A program made the position numbers and the translations under genes. Positions 25,467 through 34,764 of a stretch of DNA of 64,000 nucleotides are shown here, piece by piece (positions within the stretch are counted from its first letter, which is position 1; each line of letters starts with the position of its first letter). The stretch comes from an uncultured bacterium. Its GTDB lineage: Bacteria; Patescibacteriota; JABMPQ01; CAVVCK01. The stretch is from assembly GCA_963746775.1 (NCBI GenBank), contig CAVVCK010000002.1:431656-495655 (forward strand). The letters are read 5' to 3'. The notes below the pieces were generated by a model that searched no databases, was not told the origin of the DNA, and was given only the letters and a program-made list of their open reading frames with translations.

Positions 25467-26735
25467 TTAATGTACCGAACACGTAATACAAGGATCATAA
25501 GCTCTGATCATCATTTTTATTTTCCTTGTTCTTTCTTCTTCTGTCAAATTTAGAACTCTTGATAAATATTGTTCTAAATCTCTTTCCATATTAGATATTA
25601 GTTGCGCTGTTGGTGTAATAATATTTAGTTTAGTAATCTTTCCCTTGCTACTTATTCCATAGGCATGATAAAGCGTTCCCCGAGGCGCTTCTATCGCTCC
25701 TACTCCGTAGCCTTCTTTCACTTTATAATCTGTAGCTATATTTTTCAAATCTGATTTTAAAACTTTTTCTAATAATTTTATACTTTCTTCAATACTATCA
25801 ATAATTTCAATCATTTGCGCTAAAATATTGTAAAAAGAATTACAAGAAGGCAATATAATACCCGATTTTTTTAATAATTTTTGCGCTTCTCTGTTTAATT
25901 TTTCATGATTAATATTAAGCCGGGCCAGTGCCCCTACCATAATTTCTTTATCGTTTTTCTTAACCCTCTTAACTGCTTCATAGGGCAATTGAATTTCTTC
26001 TATATTATTTTCAAATTTATCTGGTGAAATATTTAATCCTTTCGTTGATACTACGCTACCATCATATATTGAATATTCCTTTTTATTGCTCAAAGCTACA
26101 TATTCCGTCTCCCGACTAAAGCCTGGATATTTTAATTTGCTAAAAAATTCTCCTAGAATTGCAGCTTCTTTTAATATCTGACCACTTTGTTTTAGTAATT
26201 TCTCTACTTTAGATCGATTTGGTGCTACTCTAAAACCTCCTATTTTGCCAGACACAGGATGTATTGATCTTCCACCAAAAACATGAATCAGCTCATTACC
26301 ATATTCTCTAATGGACAAAGCTAGCTTAGTATATTCTGGAAATTGTTTAATTAAAGTAGAAGCTTCTGAAATATCAAAGAAATCTGATAGAGATAAAAAA
26401 TAAATATGCAGTGTATGGCTTTGAATAAATTGGCCCAGCATTAAAATTTTACGCATTATAACTGCATCTTCGGGAATTTTAACGTCTAAAGCTGATTCAA
26501 CGGCTTTTAGCGCAGTTAAGTAGTGAACAACCGGACATACTCCGCAAATACGAGCTGAAATATTAGCTGCTTCTTCAAAATTCCTGCCTACCATTATTCT
26601 CTCAAAAAGCCTAATGCCCATTATTACTTCAAAGCGAGCTTTTTGAACATTACCATTAACAATATCACCAATAAATCCAGCATGGCCTTCAATTTTGTCT
26701 ATTTGATTAATTTTAATTGTTCTTTTATTACTCAT
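25467..26735 (-). CDS. [NiFe]-hydrogenase large subunit, group 3b-like (alpha)
   Basis: 422 aa. N-terminal RICGVCPVVH and C-terminal DPCITCSVH-stop. Confidence 0.9.
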   Translation of the reverse strand: MSNKRTIKINQIDKIEGHAGFIGDIVNGNVQKARFEVIMGIRLFERIMVGRNFEEAANISARICGVCPVVHYLTALKAVESALDVKIPEDAVIMRKILMLGQFIQSHTLHIYFLSLSDFFDISEASTLIKQFPEYTKLALSIREYGNELIHVFGGRSIHPVSGKIGGFRVAPNRSKVEKLLKQSGQILKEAAILGEFFSKLKYPGFSRETEYVALSNKKEYSIYDGSVVSTKGLNISPDKFENNIEEIQLPYEAVKRVKKNDKEIMVGALARLNINHEKLNREAQKLLKKSGIILPSCNSFYNILAQMIEIIDSIEESIKLLEKVLKSDLKNIATDYKVKEGYGVGAIEAPRGTLYHAYGISSKGKITKLNIITPTAQLISNMERDLEQYLSRVLNLTEEERTRKIKMMIRAYDPCITCSVH

Positions 26736-27478
26736 TGTTTTTTTAATTTTTCAATTTTTACTCCATAAACTTCCATCATTTCATAAATCTCTTTCTCACT
26801 CACCCTATCTTTCAATGCTTTAATTATATTTTCCCAGTTAGCCTCTTTCAAAAATCCTCTACAACCATAGCACTCTAACCCACCAGATAAACAAGCAGCA
26901 CCACATCCTCCAGCTGTAGCCGGTCCCAAGCATGGCTTTCCTTCTTGTAATAAGCATTTATAACCATTTATTTGGCACTCATAACAAACTGGCCTTTGGA
27001 TATTCTTAGGATTACGGCCAGCTAGCAGCATATATACTATTCTCAAGAAATCTTTATTATCAATAGGACAGCCCAGCACTTCATAATCAACTTTAACGAC
27101 TTCTTTAACTGATTCTACTTTATAATCTTCCACTTCCTTTGGTCTTTCGTAAACAAATTTAGGCTTCACTAATTTAGGATGATAATTTTTCATTTTCTGC
27201 ACTCCCCCATGAGTAGCGCAAGTACCCAGCGCTATTAAAATCTTACTTCGTCCGCGAATACTTTTTAAAAATTTAAATTGTTCATCTAATAATGGAGTAC
27301 CTTCTACAAAGACAATATCATAGTTGCCTTCCTCGGGTAGTTCTTCAATCAAATGAAATTCTGCCAAATCAATTCTTTTAGTTAATTCTAAAAATTTCTC
27401 ACCTAAATCTAGGATAGCAAATTCACATCCCTCACAGCATGTTAAGCTTACTATCCCTACTTTTGGTTTCTTAGTCAT
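26732..27478 (-). CDS. [NiFe]-hydrogenase small subunit, group 3b-like (delta)
   Basis: 248 aa. VSLTCCEGCEF, GTCATHGG, Cys-rich C-terminus. ATGA overlap with the large subunit. Confidence 0.85.
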   Translation of the reverse strand: MTKKPKVGIVSLTCCEGCEFAILDLGEKFLELTKRIDLAEFHLIEELPEEGNYDIVFVEGTPLLDEQFKFLKSIRGRSKILIALGTCATHGGVQKMKNYHPKLVKPKFVYERPKEVEDYKVESVKEVVKVDYEVLGCPIDNKDFLRIVYMLLAGRNPKNIQRPVCYECQINGYKCLLQEGKPCLGPATAGGCGAACLSGGLECYGCRGFLKEANWENIIKALKDRVSEKEIYEMMEVYGVKIEKLKKQ

Positions 27479-27510
27479 AAAAAGATAAAAATTTTAAAAC
27501 ATTAAAACAA

Positions 27511-27870
27511 TTATTTTGAATCTTTGATATTTTTTATTTCAGTCCAAAGCAGAGCACCTATTTCATCTGCTAATTCCATTCCCTTTTTATATTGATTTTC
27601 GTTAATAAATCCTTCCATTAAAGAAAAATGTAAAAGATATTTAGTTTCTTTCAATAATCCATACGACATCATTGAAAAATTTCTCTGATTACCCTTATTA
27701 AATCTTGCAAAACCTTCTATATAATTAAGTATTACTGACAATGAAACTCGTTTAAGTTAAGAAACTATACCGAATAATTCTTCTTTTGGAAAATTGTATG
27801 ATATCTTATAGCAATAATGAGCATATTGATCCATTTTCTTTTTCAATATTTCTCTATAATTCTCTTTCAT
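27511..27870 (-). pseudogene. Second four-helix-bundle protein gene interrupted by one in-frame TAA at 27757..27759
   Basis: Own translation: MKENYREILKKKMDQYAHYCYKISYNFPKEELFGIVS*LKRVSLSVILNYIEGFARFNKGNQRNF... The track shows only the 76-aa distal part (TTG start). Confidence 0.75.
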
Positions 27871-27905
27871 TAATTTTGTTCTCGTGCTCTAGTGTTTTAA
27901 TGTTT

Positions 27906-28652
27906 TTATAATCCTATATTCGCCAACCCTACACTATACCCATTCCACTTATTCAAATTCATCACTTGCAAATCACTCAACTTATCACAAGCCCAAAACC
28001 AGTGCATGGAGACAAAGTCTCCTATTTTTATATTTTCAATAAACTTCTTATTATTAAATTTAAAATATATATCTTTATTTTCTAAATTTCCAAAGATAAA
28101 CTGATTATCTTTAAATATTAAAGGCCTATATTTTATTTCTAATTTTCCAGATTTTATTTTTAAAACACGTGTAGGCAATATTAAACATTCATTAATAGTC
28201 TCCAAAGTATGCTCTACTGGATAATAACCTGTTCGCTTGGGAATATTCAGCACATGAAAGCTATGATGAGGCTTCGCTCCCATCGGAATCTTACCAATTA
28301 CCTTCTCTGCCATTTTCATTTTAAACTTTTTCTTCAAGTTCTGCTTATCAATCAAATAACTATAGAAATTATTCATAGAAACATTATTCAGAAGATCATT
28401 CCCTATCCAATAAGCTTCACTAACTTTAGAATTAAGTGGATCTGAAATATGACTAGCATCAGCAATTAATTTTAAATAAGGATACATAGTCTGAAATTCA
28501 GCTAAAATCTCTTCTAACCCTTTATCTTGCTGATTCTGAGATACATATTCAAAAAGATTGCTATTCTTATCACCTCCGCAATACTGCAGCTTATTAGGAC
28601 TAAAGGCATAACGAGCTGCAATCAACATTCCATTATACGATAGGTTTTCCAT
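27906..28652 (-). CDS. Hypothetical 248-aa protein with a C-terminal HypC/HupF-like domain
   Basis: Residues about 155-240, ECLILPTRVLKIKSGKLEIKY...IKIGDFVSMHWFWACDKLS, parallel the local HypC MCLTYPAKILKIKGEIALIQ...LKVGDYILHNANLAIKKV. Confidence 0.6.
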   Translation of the reverse strand: MENLSYNGMLIAARYAFSPNKLQYCGGDKNSNLFEYVSQNQQDKGLEEILAEFQTMYPYLKLIADASHISDPLNSKVSEAYWIGNDLLNNVSMNNFYSYLIDKQNLKKKFKMKMAEKVIGKIPMGAKPHHSFHVLNIPKRTGYYPVEHTLETINECLILPTRVLKIKSGKLEIKYRPLIFKDNQFIFGNLENKDIYFKFNNKKFIENIKIGDFVSMHWFWACDKLSDLQVMNLNKWNGYSVGLANIGL

Positions 28653-29553
28653 GTAATTGTTTTTGATCTTCTAGTTTCTCTCTAAATTTCCAAAACAAAA
28701 CTACTCCCACTAAAATTATTAACGCTCCCAATATTTTATCTAACGACAATTTATGAGTTACAAAAGTAGCGTTTAAAAATGTTGTAATTGGTGAAGCTAA
28801 TACTAAAACCGAAGCTGTCACCGTCACTGGCAATTTCTTCAAAGCACTATACCAAGTAATTACATACCCGCCTAAAAATAGTGAGACCAATAATATCCAA
28901 GCCATTTGATTAGAGCTTAAATCTAGCAAACCTCCCATATTCCCTGTAAATAATAAAAATAAAACTAAAATAATTGATCCAAAAAACATTCTGCCCCAAG
29001 CTAGGACCATCGAATCAATATTCTTTAGAGCAATTTTGGCAATAATATTTTCCGCAGCCCATAAAAGCGTGGCTATCAATATTAAAATTTCAGCGTACCC
29101 GAATTTCAGTCCAGAAAAGCCTTCAAAAATTACATTGCCTGTTAATAAAATTCCCAAAGCTATAAATTGCAATTTACTTAGCTTCTCTTTTAAAATCGGA
29201 AAGGCTAGGATAGCCACCCAAATAAATAAAGTTTTATGTATAAATGAGGCAGATACTGGAGAGGTAAGGCTTAAGCCTTGGAAAAACAATAAAAAAGGAA
29301 CGCTGCCACCTATTAAGCCTATTAAGCTTAATTTCAGCCAGTCTTTTTTACTTAATAATTTTAATTTCTTAAAAATAAAAGGAGTTAGAACTATTAATGT
29401 CAAAAATAGAGCAACTACTACATTTTTCAAGGTCGTATATTGAAAAGCATTTTTACCTAAAGCCTGCATGCCAAATTTATTAAAAAAATTGGCTAAGCCA
29501 GAGATGACGGCCGTTGCTAGGACTAAATAGAATCCTTTTTGAATATTGATCAT
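28633..29553 (-). CDS. EamA/DMT-superfamily transporter
   Basis: 306 aa, about 10 TM helices, two-repeat architecture. Confidence 0.7.
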   Translation of the reverse strand: MINIQKGFYLVLATAVISGLANFFNKFGMQALGKNAFQYTTLKNVVVALFLTLIVLTPFIFKKLKLLSKKDWLKLSLIGLIGGSVPFLLFFQGLSLTSPVSASFIHKTLFIWVAILAFPILKEKLSKLQFIALGILLTGNVIFEGFSGLKFGYAEILILIATLLWAAENIIAKIALKNIDSMVLAWGRMFFGSIILVLFLLFTGNMGGLLDLSSNQMAWILLVSLFLGGYVITWYSALKKLPVTVTASVLVLASPITTFLNATFVTHKLSLDKILGALIILVGVVLFWKFREKLEDQKQLHGKPIV

Positions 29554-29599
29554 TTTTTTGTTAATACAAATTACAAATTAAACAATTATCTACACTATT

Positions 29600-29670
29600 C
29601 TGTTTTTGACCTGCTTATCTGTAATATTTAAAAAGCGGACTTAGCGGATTTTAGCAGATACGCGGAAAAA
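29600..29670. repeat. Family-B word hairpin, decayed copy B4
   Basis: The right arm AAGCGGACTTAGCGGATTTTAGCAGATACGCGGAAAAA is intact. The left arm is degenerate (CTGCTTATCTG in place of CCGCTTATCCG). Confidence 0.55.
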
Positions 29671-29729
29671 TATATTATTTAATATTTTTATTTTACTACT
29701 TATAGAGCCTTGGTGCAATGTTGAAAAGT

Positions 29730-29936
29730 TTATTTATTACTAAAAATATCCATAATTTCCTCAGCCTCTTTCCTGAAAACCTTTTTTATAGCCAAATTAG
29801 CATTATGTAAAATGTAATCTCCCACTTTAAGATTTTTTAACATACTAATATTAACTTCTAATTTATTCTTTTTATCTTGAATTAGAGCTATTTCTCCTTT
29901 AATTTTTAATATTTTAGCAGGATAGGTTAGACACAT
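29730..29936 (-). CDS. hypC: Hydrogenase maturation chaperone HypC
   Basis: 68 aa. MCLTYPAKI N-terminus and VGDYIL motif. Confidence 0.85.
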   Translation of the reverse strand: MCLTYPAKILKIKGEIALIQDKKNKLEVNISMLKNLKVGDYILHNANLAIKKVFRKEAEEIMDIFSNK

Positions 29937-29937
29937 T

Positions 29938-32232
29938 TTATTCTTCTTTTAGTTTATATAAGTAATATTCTCCTTCATGGGCTACTAGATCCATGTGTTT
30001 GTTTTTAAATTTTATCACCCTTTTGTAATTATCTAAAGTAAAATTAGCATATTCTTGTGAGCCATTTTCTTGTTTAGCCCACAATATTCTTTCCGAAATA
30101 TTTTCCGTATACCCTCTCCAAATAAAATATCTTATGTTAAAATTTTTTAATACTCGGATAACATGTTCCTCAGTATTATTTTTTAATAAATAACTAATAT
30201 ATAATAAATAATGATCTTGTATATAACGGTTATTAGAGTTATCTATATAATAACCCCTTGCTTGATCTAATCCCCAAATCATTTCTTTATTATCTAAATT
30301 ATTATTTAAATATTCTGACATTAAATACAATTTATCTCTCGATATACTCGGATCTGGTGAATATAGAGACATATAATTTATTCTTTTGTTAAATTGTAAA
30401 TTTCCAATTGTAATTATCCAGATCGATAAGAATGTATATAAAAATAATTTTAGGTATTTATTTCTTGTAAAAAATATTTGACTCAATAAAACAAAAAATA
30501 AAACATACAATGAAATAGCATACCAGATAACAACATGTCCTATATAAACCCAACCGAAATATAGAATAATAGTAGCAAACAATAGTAAAATAAATTCCCT
30601 TTTCAATTTCCTATAAAATATATTCTTTATATAATAAAATATTATAACTGGAGCAAAAAGAATAAATGTAAAACCTATGTTTAACGCATCAGAAATATAT
30701 TTTTTATTTCCTATATAAGTAATATCAAAAGGTATATTTAAAAAATAACTCAAATCCTTTTTTTGTTTATCATCCCATATCAAGTAAGCTTCATTTCTCA
30801 TCTCATTAACTATATATTTTTGTGAATCTCGACCTAAAGTATCATAAAAAGATTGTTTTGAAGCTAACTTCTCACTTAAAATTGGGTCAATCGGGTTACC
30901 GCTAAATTTAATATTTCTGACAAACCATGGCAACATAAAAATAAATATTATTAATCCCCAAATAAAAAAATATTTTACTTTTATTTTATTTCTAATTATT
31001 TGTACTAGAAAAAATATTACCAACGGAACAATATACCATGTTAGAAAAAAATATTTTAACCCGGCCGCGATACCACAGAAAACACTAAAAATAATTAAGT
31101 CTTTTATTTTTCTTTTTTTTAGATAGTTTATAAAAGAACAATAACTGATCAATGTATAAAAAACAAAAATCATTTCTATTTTATGGTCTTCTAAATTTTG
31201 AAAAAATATTACAGGCAATGTTAAATAGGCAATAATAGCATAAACGCCACCCTTTAATTTATTTTTTCTAAAGAAATAATAAATGCATAAAACAATTAAT
31301 AAAGTAAAAATAAAAATAAGCGCTAAAGTTATTTGGAAGTTAAAAAGTAAATATCCTAAAGTAAATAACATTTCTCCATTTTGAGGAAAACCATAATAAA
31401 TCCAATAAGGAAAATTTACTATCCCATGATTCTCAACGAAAATCTTAGGATAAGTTAAATAGGAAATGAAAGCATCAAAACCAGAAGGAAATTGCTGAAA
31501 TATACCCGAAATATCAATTCCTAAAATCACAGGAATAATTAAAAAAATACCTTTTCCAAATAAAGTTAATTTTTTGAGTTCATAAAAATTATTTTTATCT
31601 TTAAAATAAGTCCACAATTCTATAATTTCTTTATAAGTAACAAAGGTTACAATAATCATTAAAACATAAGCAATAATTCTATAATATAAACCAAACATTC
31701 CTAAAAAATACACAATAAACATTAAAGCACCAAATCCTAGAGCACAAGAAAATAAAAACTTTTCTAAAAAAAAGCTAGTTTTATATTTAAATATTTTTAA
31801 TGTTTTACAACCTAAAGAAAAAGATATTAAAAATATCCAGGAAACTAAAATAATAGTAATTATATCATTACCAATAACGCCTAAATTATAAGAAGATCTA
31901 GCATAAATCCAGATAATCCATAAAAATGTAAAAAAATATAAAGACAAAGGCAAATAATATACAGGTATTTTTAAATCATTTATCTTATTTTTAAGTCCTT
32001 TTCTGCTTATTGACATAAAGTCTTTAATTTTTTTGCTTGGCCAAAAAATAATTAAAACTATTTTAAACAAAGCTAAAATATTAGCTATAAGTAAAGCAAA
32101 AGTAACAAACAAAGCTACTGATGATATAAATGCTTCTCCATAGTTAGGAAAACTATAAAAATAATAAACTATTACAACAATTCCCCACATCAGGAATAAT
32201 CCTGCAAAAATTTTTGAATAATATTTTTTCAT
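29938..32232 (-). CDS. Large polytopic membrane protein (764 aa), possibly a GT-C-type glycosyltransferase
   Basis: More than 14 hydrophobic segments followed by a soluble C-terminal domain. The function call is by architecture only. Confidence 0.4.
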   Translation of the reverse strand: MKKYYSKIFAGLFLMWGIVVIVYYFYSFPNYGEAFISSVALFVTFALLIANILALFKIVLIIFWPSKKIKDFMSISRKGLKNKINDLKIPVYYLPLSLYFFTFLWIIWIYARSSYNLGVIGNDIITIILVSWIFLISFSLGCKTLKIFKYKTSFFLEKFLFSCALGFGALMFIVYFLGMFGLYYRIIAYVLMIIVTFVTYKEIIELWTYFKDKNNFYELKKLTLFGKGIFLIIPVILGIDISGIFQQFPSGFDAFISYLTYPKIFVENHGIVNFPYWIYYGFPQNGEMLFTLGYLLFNFQITLALIFIFTLLIVLCIYYFFRKNKLKGGVYAIIAYLTLPVIFFQNLEDHKIEMIFVFYTLISYCSFINYLKKRKIKDLIIFSVFCGIAAGLKYFFLTWYIVPLVIFFLVQIIRNKIKVKYFFIWGLIIFIFMLPWFVRNIKFSGNPIDPILSEKLASKQSFYDTLGRDSQKYIVNEMRNEAYLIWDDKQKKDLSYFLNIPFDITYIGNKKYISDALNIGFTFILFAPVIIFYYIKNIFYRKLKREFILLLFATIILYFGWVYIGHVVIWYAISLYVLFFVLLSQIFFTRNKYLKLFLYTFLSIWIITIGNLQFNKRINYMSLYSPDPSISRDKLYLMSEYLNNNLDNKEMIWGLDQARGYYIDNSNNRYIQDHYLLYISYLLKNNTEEHVIRVLKNFNIRYFIWRGYTENISERILWAKQENGSQEYANFTLDNYKRVIKFKNKHMDLVAHEGEYYLYKLKEE

Positions 32233-32299
32233 AAAACTATAAATAAATAACCCTACTCCTTAAAGCAGGGTCATTTATATTTTAATTATTTTAGTTATA

Positions 32300-33124
32300 T
32301 TAAATCACCCCCTCAATCCCTCTCAACTGCTCCCAACTAAATACCGGCCCATCCTTACAGACATAATAAGGACCAACAGCACAATGTTCACATACCCCAA
32401 TACCACATTCCATACGACGCTCCAGGGATAAATAAATATTTTCATCTTGAAAACCTTTTTCTTTTAATTTATCTATGACAAATTTACACATAATGGGCGG
32501 CCCGCAAACTAAGGCTACACCAGAAGCATCTGTTTCTTGCTGATCAAATAAAGCTGTGATTAAACCTATATTACATTTTACTCCTGAAATATTTTCTTCC
32601 CTACCTTTATCCAAAGTAATACTTATTTCTATATTCTTGCACCAATCATCAATTTCATCTTTAAATATTAATTCCTCCTTATCCCTGGCTCCATAAAATA
32701 CCTGCATATTGCTAGATTTGGCGCTACAATAGGACTTAATTAGGGATCTAAAGGGAATAATGCCAATTCCACCAGCAACAATTAAAACTTTTTTATTATT
32801 AATTTTATCTATTGGCCAACCATTGCCATAAGGTCCTCTAATGCCAACTGTATCACCTACTTTCATAGTGTGCATTCTCTTAGTCAATTCTCCCACTTTA
32901 CGGATACAAATCTCTATATATTTTTTATCATAAATAGATCCACAATAAGCAAAAGGAGCTTCATTAAAACCAGGAATGGATAACTCTAAAATTTGCCCCG
33001 GACTAAACTGAAAATTTTTTCTATATTTTCTATTTTCAAATCTTAATTTATAGAGATTGATAGTATCGTTTTCCTTCTTTATACTTATTATTTTTGCTTT
33101 TTCTGTTTGGTATTGGTTTTGCAT
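32300..33124 (-). CDS. Hydrogenase gamma subunit (FAD/NAD(P)-binding, 2Fe-2S; HydG/AsrB-like)
   Basis: 274 aa. GGIGIIPF and the C-terminal CGIGVCEHCAVG cluster. Confidence 0.8.
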   Translation of the reverse strand: MQNQYQTEKAKIISIKKENDTINLYKLRFENRKYRKNFQFSPGQILELSIPGFNEAPFAYCGSIYDKKYIEICIRKVGELTKRMHTMKVGDTVGIRGPYGNGWPIDKINNKKVLIVAGGIGIIPFRSLIKSYCSAKSSNMQVFYGARDKEELIFKDEIDDWCKNIEISITLDKGREENISGVKCNIGLITALFDQQETDASGVALVCGPPIMCKFVIDKLKEKGFQDENIYLSLERRMECGIGVCEHCAVGPYYVCKDGPVFSWEQLRGIEGVI

Positions 33125-33341
33125 TTTTTAAACTAATTATGAAATTAATGTCCTTGTAGATATTACTTCTAGCTAGATTAATAGCCTCAAATCTACTTCT
33201 TATGTATATTTTTTGATTTTTTTCTAAACGTTTTGAAATGTAATACTTTATATTGAGTTGTTATTTTTTCACTAAGTACCTTTGACTATATTAACATAAT
33301 ATGATATAGATAAACGTCAGACAAAAGAGGAGGACGACGCA

Positions 33342-33623
33342 ATGGCTGCGTTCGAAACTATAAAAGTACCTAGTATCGACCAAATTACAATGGCCTTCGC
33401 AACACGAAAGGAAGAAAAACGCTACGTTTTTTTTCAGGTCCGTAATATTAGAGATATAACAAAAAAAGTAATAGAATTAAGAGTAATAGTTGAAGCCATT
33501 AGCCGCGATAAAACACGGCTGAATCTGGTTATAAAAGGTACTGCTATTATTTATGGCAGAATTCGTAAGGTACTTTGTAGCTTTAACACGCTCTCTCGGA
33601 CAGGTAGCATTGTTACTACATAA
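33342..33623 (+). CDS. Hypothetical basic 93-aa protein on the opposite strand within the hydrogenase locus (alternatively a short sRNA)
   Basis: GAGGAGG sits 8 nt upstream of the ATG. The 5' part is locally GC-enriched. AACGctaCGTT followed by T8 at 33418-33436 could instead end a short transcript. Confidence 0.4.
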   Translation: MAAFETIKVPSIDQITMAFATRKEEKRYVFFQVRNIRDITKKVIELRVIVEAISRDKTRLNLVIKGTAIIYGRIRKVLCSFNTLSRTGSIVTT

Positions 33624-33710
33624 CCCCCTCGTTCTTTCCCTTTCATTTTATATTATTTCCTTCTATATATCCTCAATATAGGACAAAGTTGATTTTAATG
33701 ACCAAAGGAA

Positions 33711-34688
33711 TTATTTATCCTCTAAAATCTCCTTCAAAACCTCGCTTATTTCAATCCCCACCGGACAAACTCTAGAACACCTCCCACAACCCACACAACC
33801 GGAAATACCAAATTTATCAGGAGTTCTGACAAATTTGTGGGTATACCAATAATATATTCTTTCCTCGGTAGAATTTAAAAATTTATGATTACCGGCCACT
33901 TCTGAAAATTCATGATAAAAACAAGCATCCCAACATCGAACTCTCTCACCTTCGTCTTCTTCTAAACTCGGCCTATCATCTATTCTAAAACAATAGCAAG
34001 TAGGACAAGCTAGGGTACATTTACCACATTCTATACATCTCTTACCCAGCTCTTCCCATACTTTCTTATTATATCCTTTTTTCATTTTCTCTCTAATTTT
34101 CAACATTATAGGATCTTGGCCTTCCTCTTTTATTGGTCCTGCAAACTGAATATGATTATAATTCCTATAACCAAATTCTTCTAGTATTCTCTGCCCTTTT
34201 TCTGATCCGGTGAATACTTCATACAAATCTCCATGCTTTTCTAAAAATATATCAAATCGAACATGCTCCAAAATATGTTCTTCAAAATTTTCTAAGAATA
34301 TTTTAAAAGATTTACTATCTTTATTATTTGAACTACCTTGACCAATAACTATAATATTTCTCCTTCTCGTTTGATAATTTAAATCTTTTTCAAAAACATG
34401 GTCATACAAATTTAGAGCTTTTAAATCAAAAATGGTCATACCCAAAGCTATGGTTGGTTTCAGATTAAGTTTACCCTCTTCCAAATTACTACCCTTATAT
34501 TTAAATAAAGTTTCACACGGGGGTAGAAATAATTTTTTAAAATTTTTTCTGGCAACGGCGCCATTTAAAACAATATCTTGATAATCTTTGACATAGCCTA
34601 AGTCAAGGCCATCAGGTGCAAGTGGGGCGTATATTTTATGGGTTTCTAATAAATATTTTATTAGCTCTTTTAATTTTGTTTTTGTCAT
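33711..34688 (-). CDS. Hydrogenase beta subunit (4Fe-4S; HydB/AsrA-like)
   Basis: 325 aa. CIECGKCTLACPTCYC and CVGCGRCSRVCP. Confidence 0.8.
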   Translation of the reverse strand: MTKTKLKELIKYLLETHKIYAPLAPDGLDLGYVKDYQDIVLNGAVARKNFKKLFLPPCETLFKYKGSNLEEGKLNLKPTIALGMTIFDLKALNLYDHVFEKDLNYQTRRRNIIVIGQGSSNNKDSKSFKIFLENFEEHILEHVRFDIFLEKHGDLYEVFTGSEKGQRILEEFGYRNYNHIQFAGPIKEEGQDPIMLKIREKMKKGYNKKVWEELGKRCIECGKCTLACPTCYCFRIDDRPSLEEDEGERVRCWDACFYHEFSEVAGNHKFLNSTEERIYYWYTHKFVRTPDKFGISGCVGCGRCSRVCPVGIEISEVLKEILEDK

Positions 34689-34764
34689 AATATTTTATAA
34701 AGCACCAAACTACAAATAACAAATTCTAAAGTAGTTTTAATTTTTGTAATTTGTGTATTGTTTG

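Noticed and set aside
25061-27870. A diversity-generating retroelement, because the four-helix-bundle genes belong to the Avd-related family.
   Set aside because: There is no reverse transcriptase ORF. I could find no template/variable repeat pair with A-specific differences, and no C-type-lectin-like target gene adjacent.
33282-33310. A confident sigma70 promoter for the 33342 ORF (TTGACT-N17-TATAGA).
   Set aside because: The -10 lacks the invariant final T, and alternative hexamers have wrong spacing. It is kept only as a weak note inside the finding.
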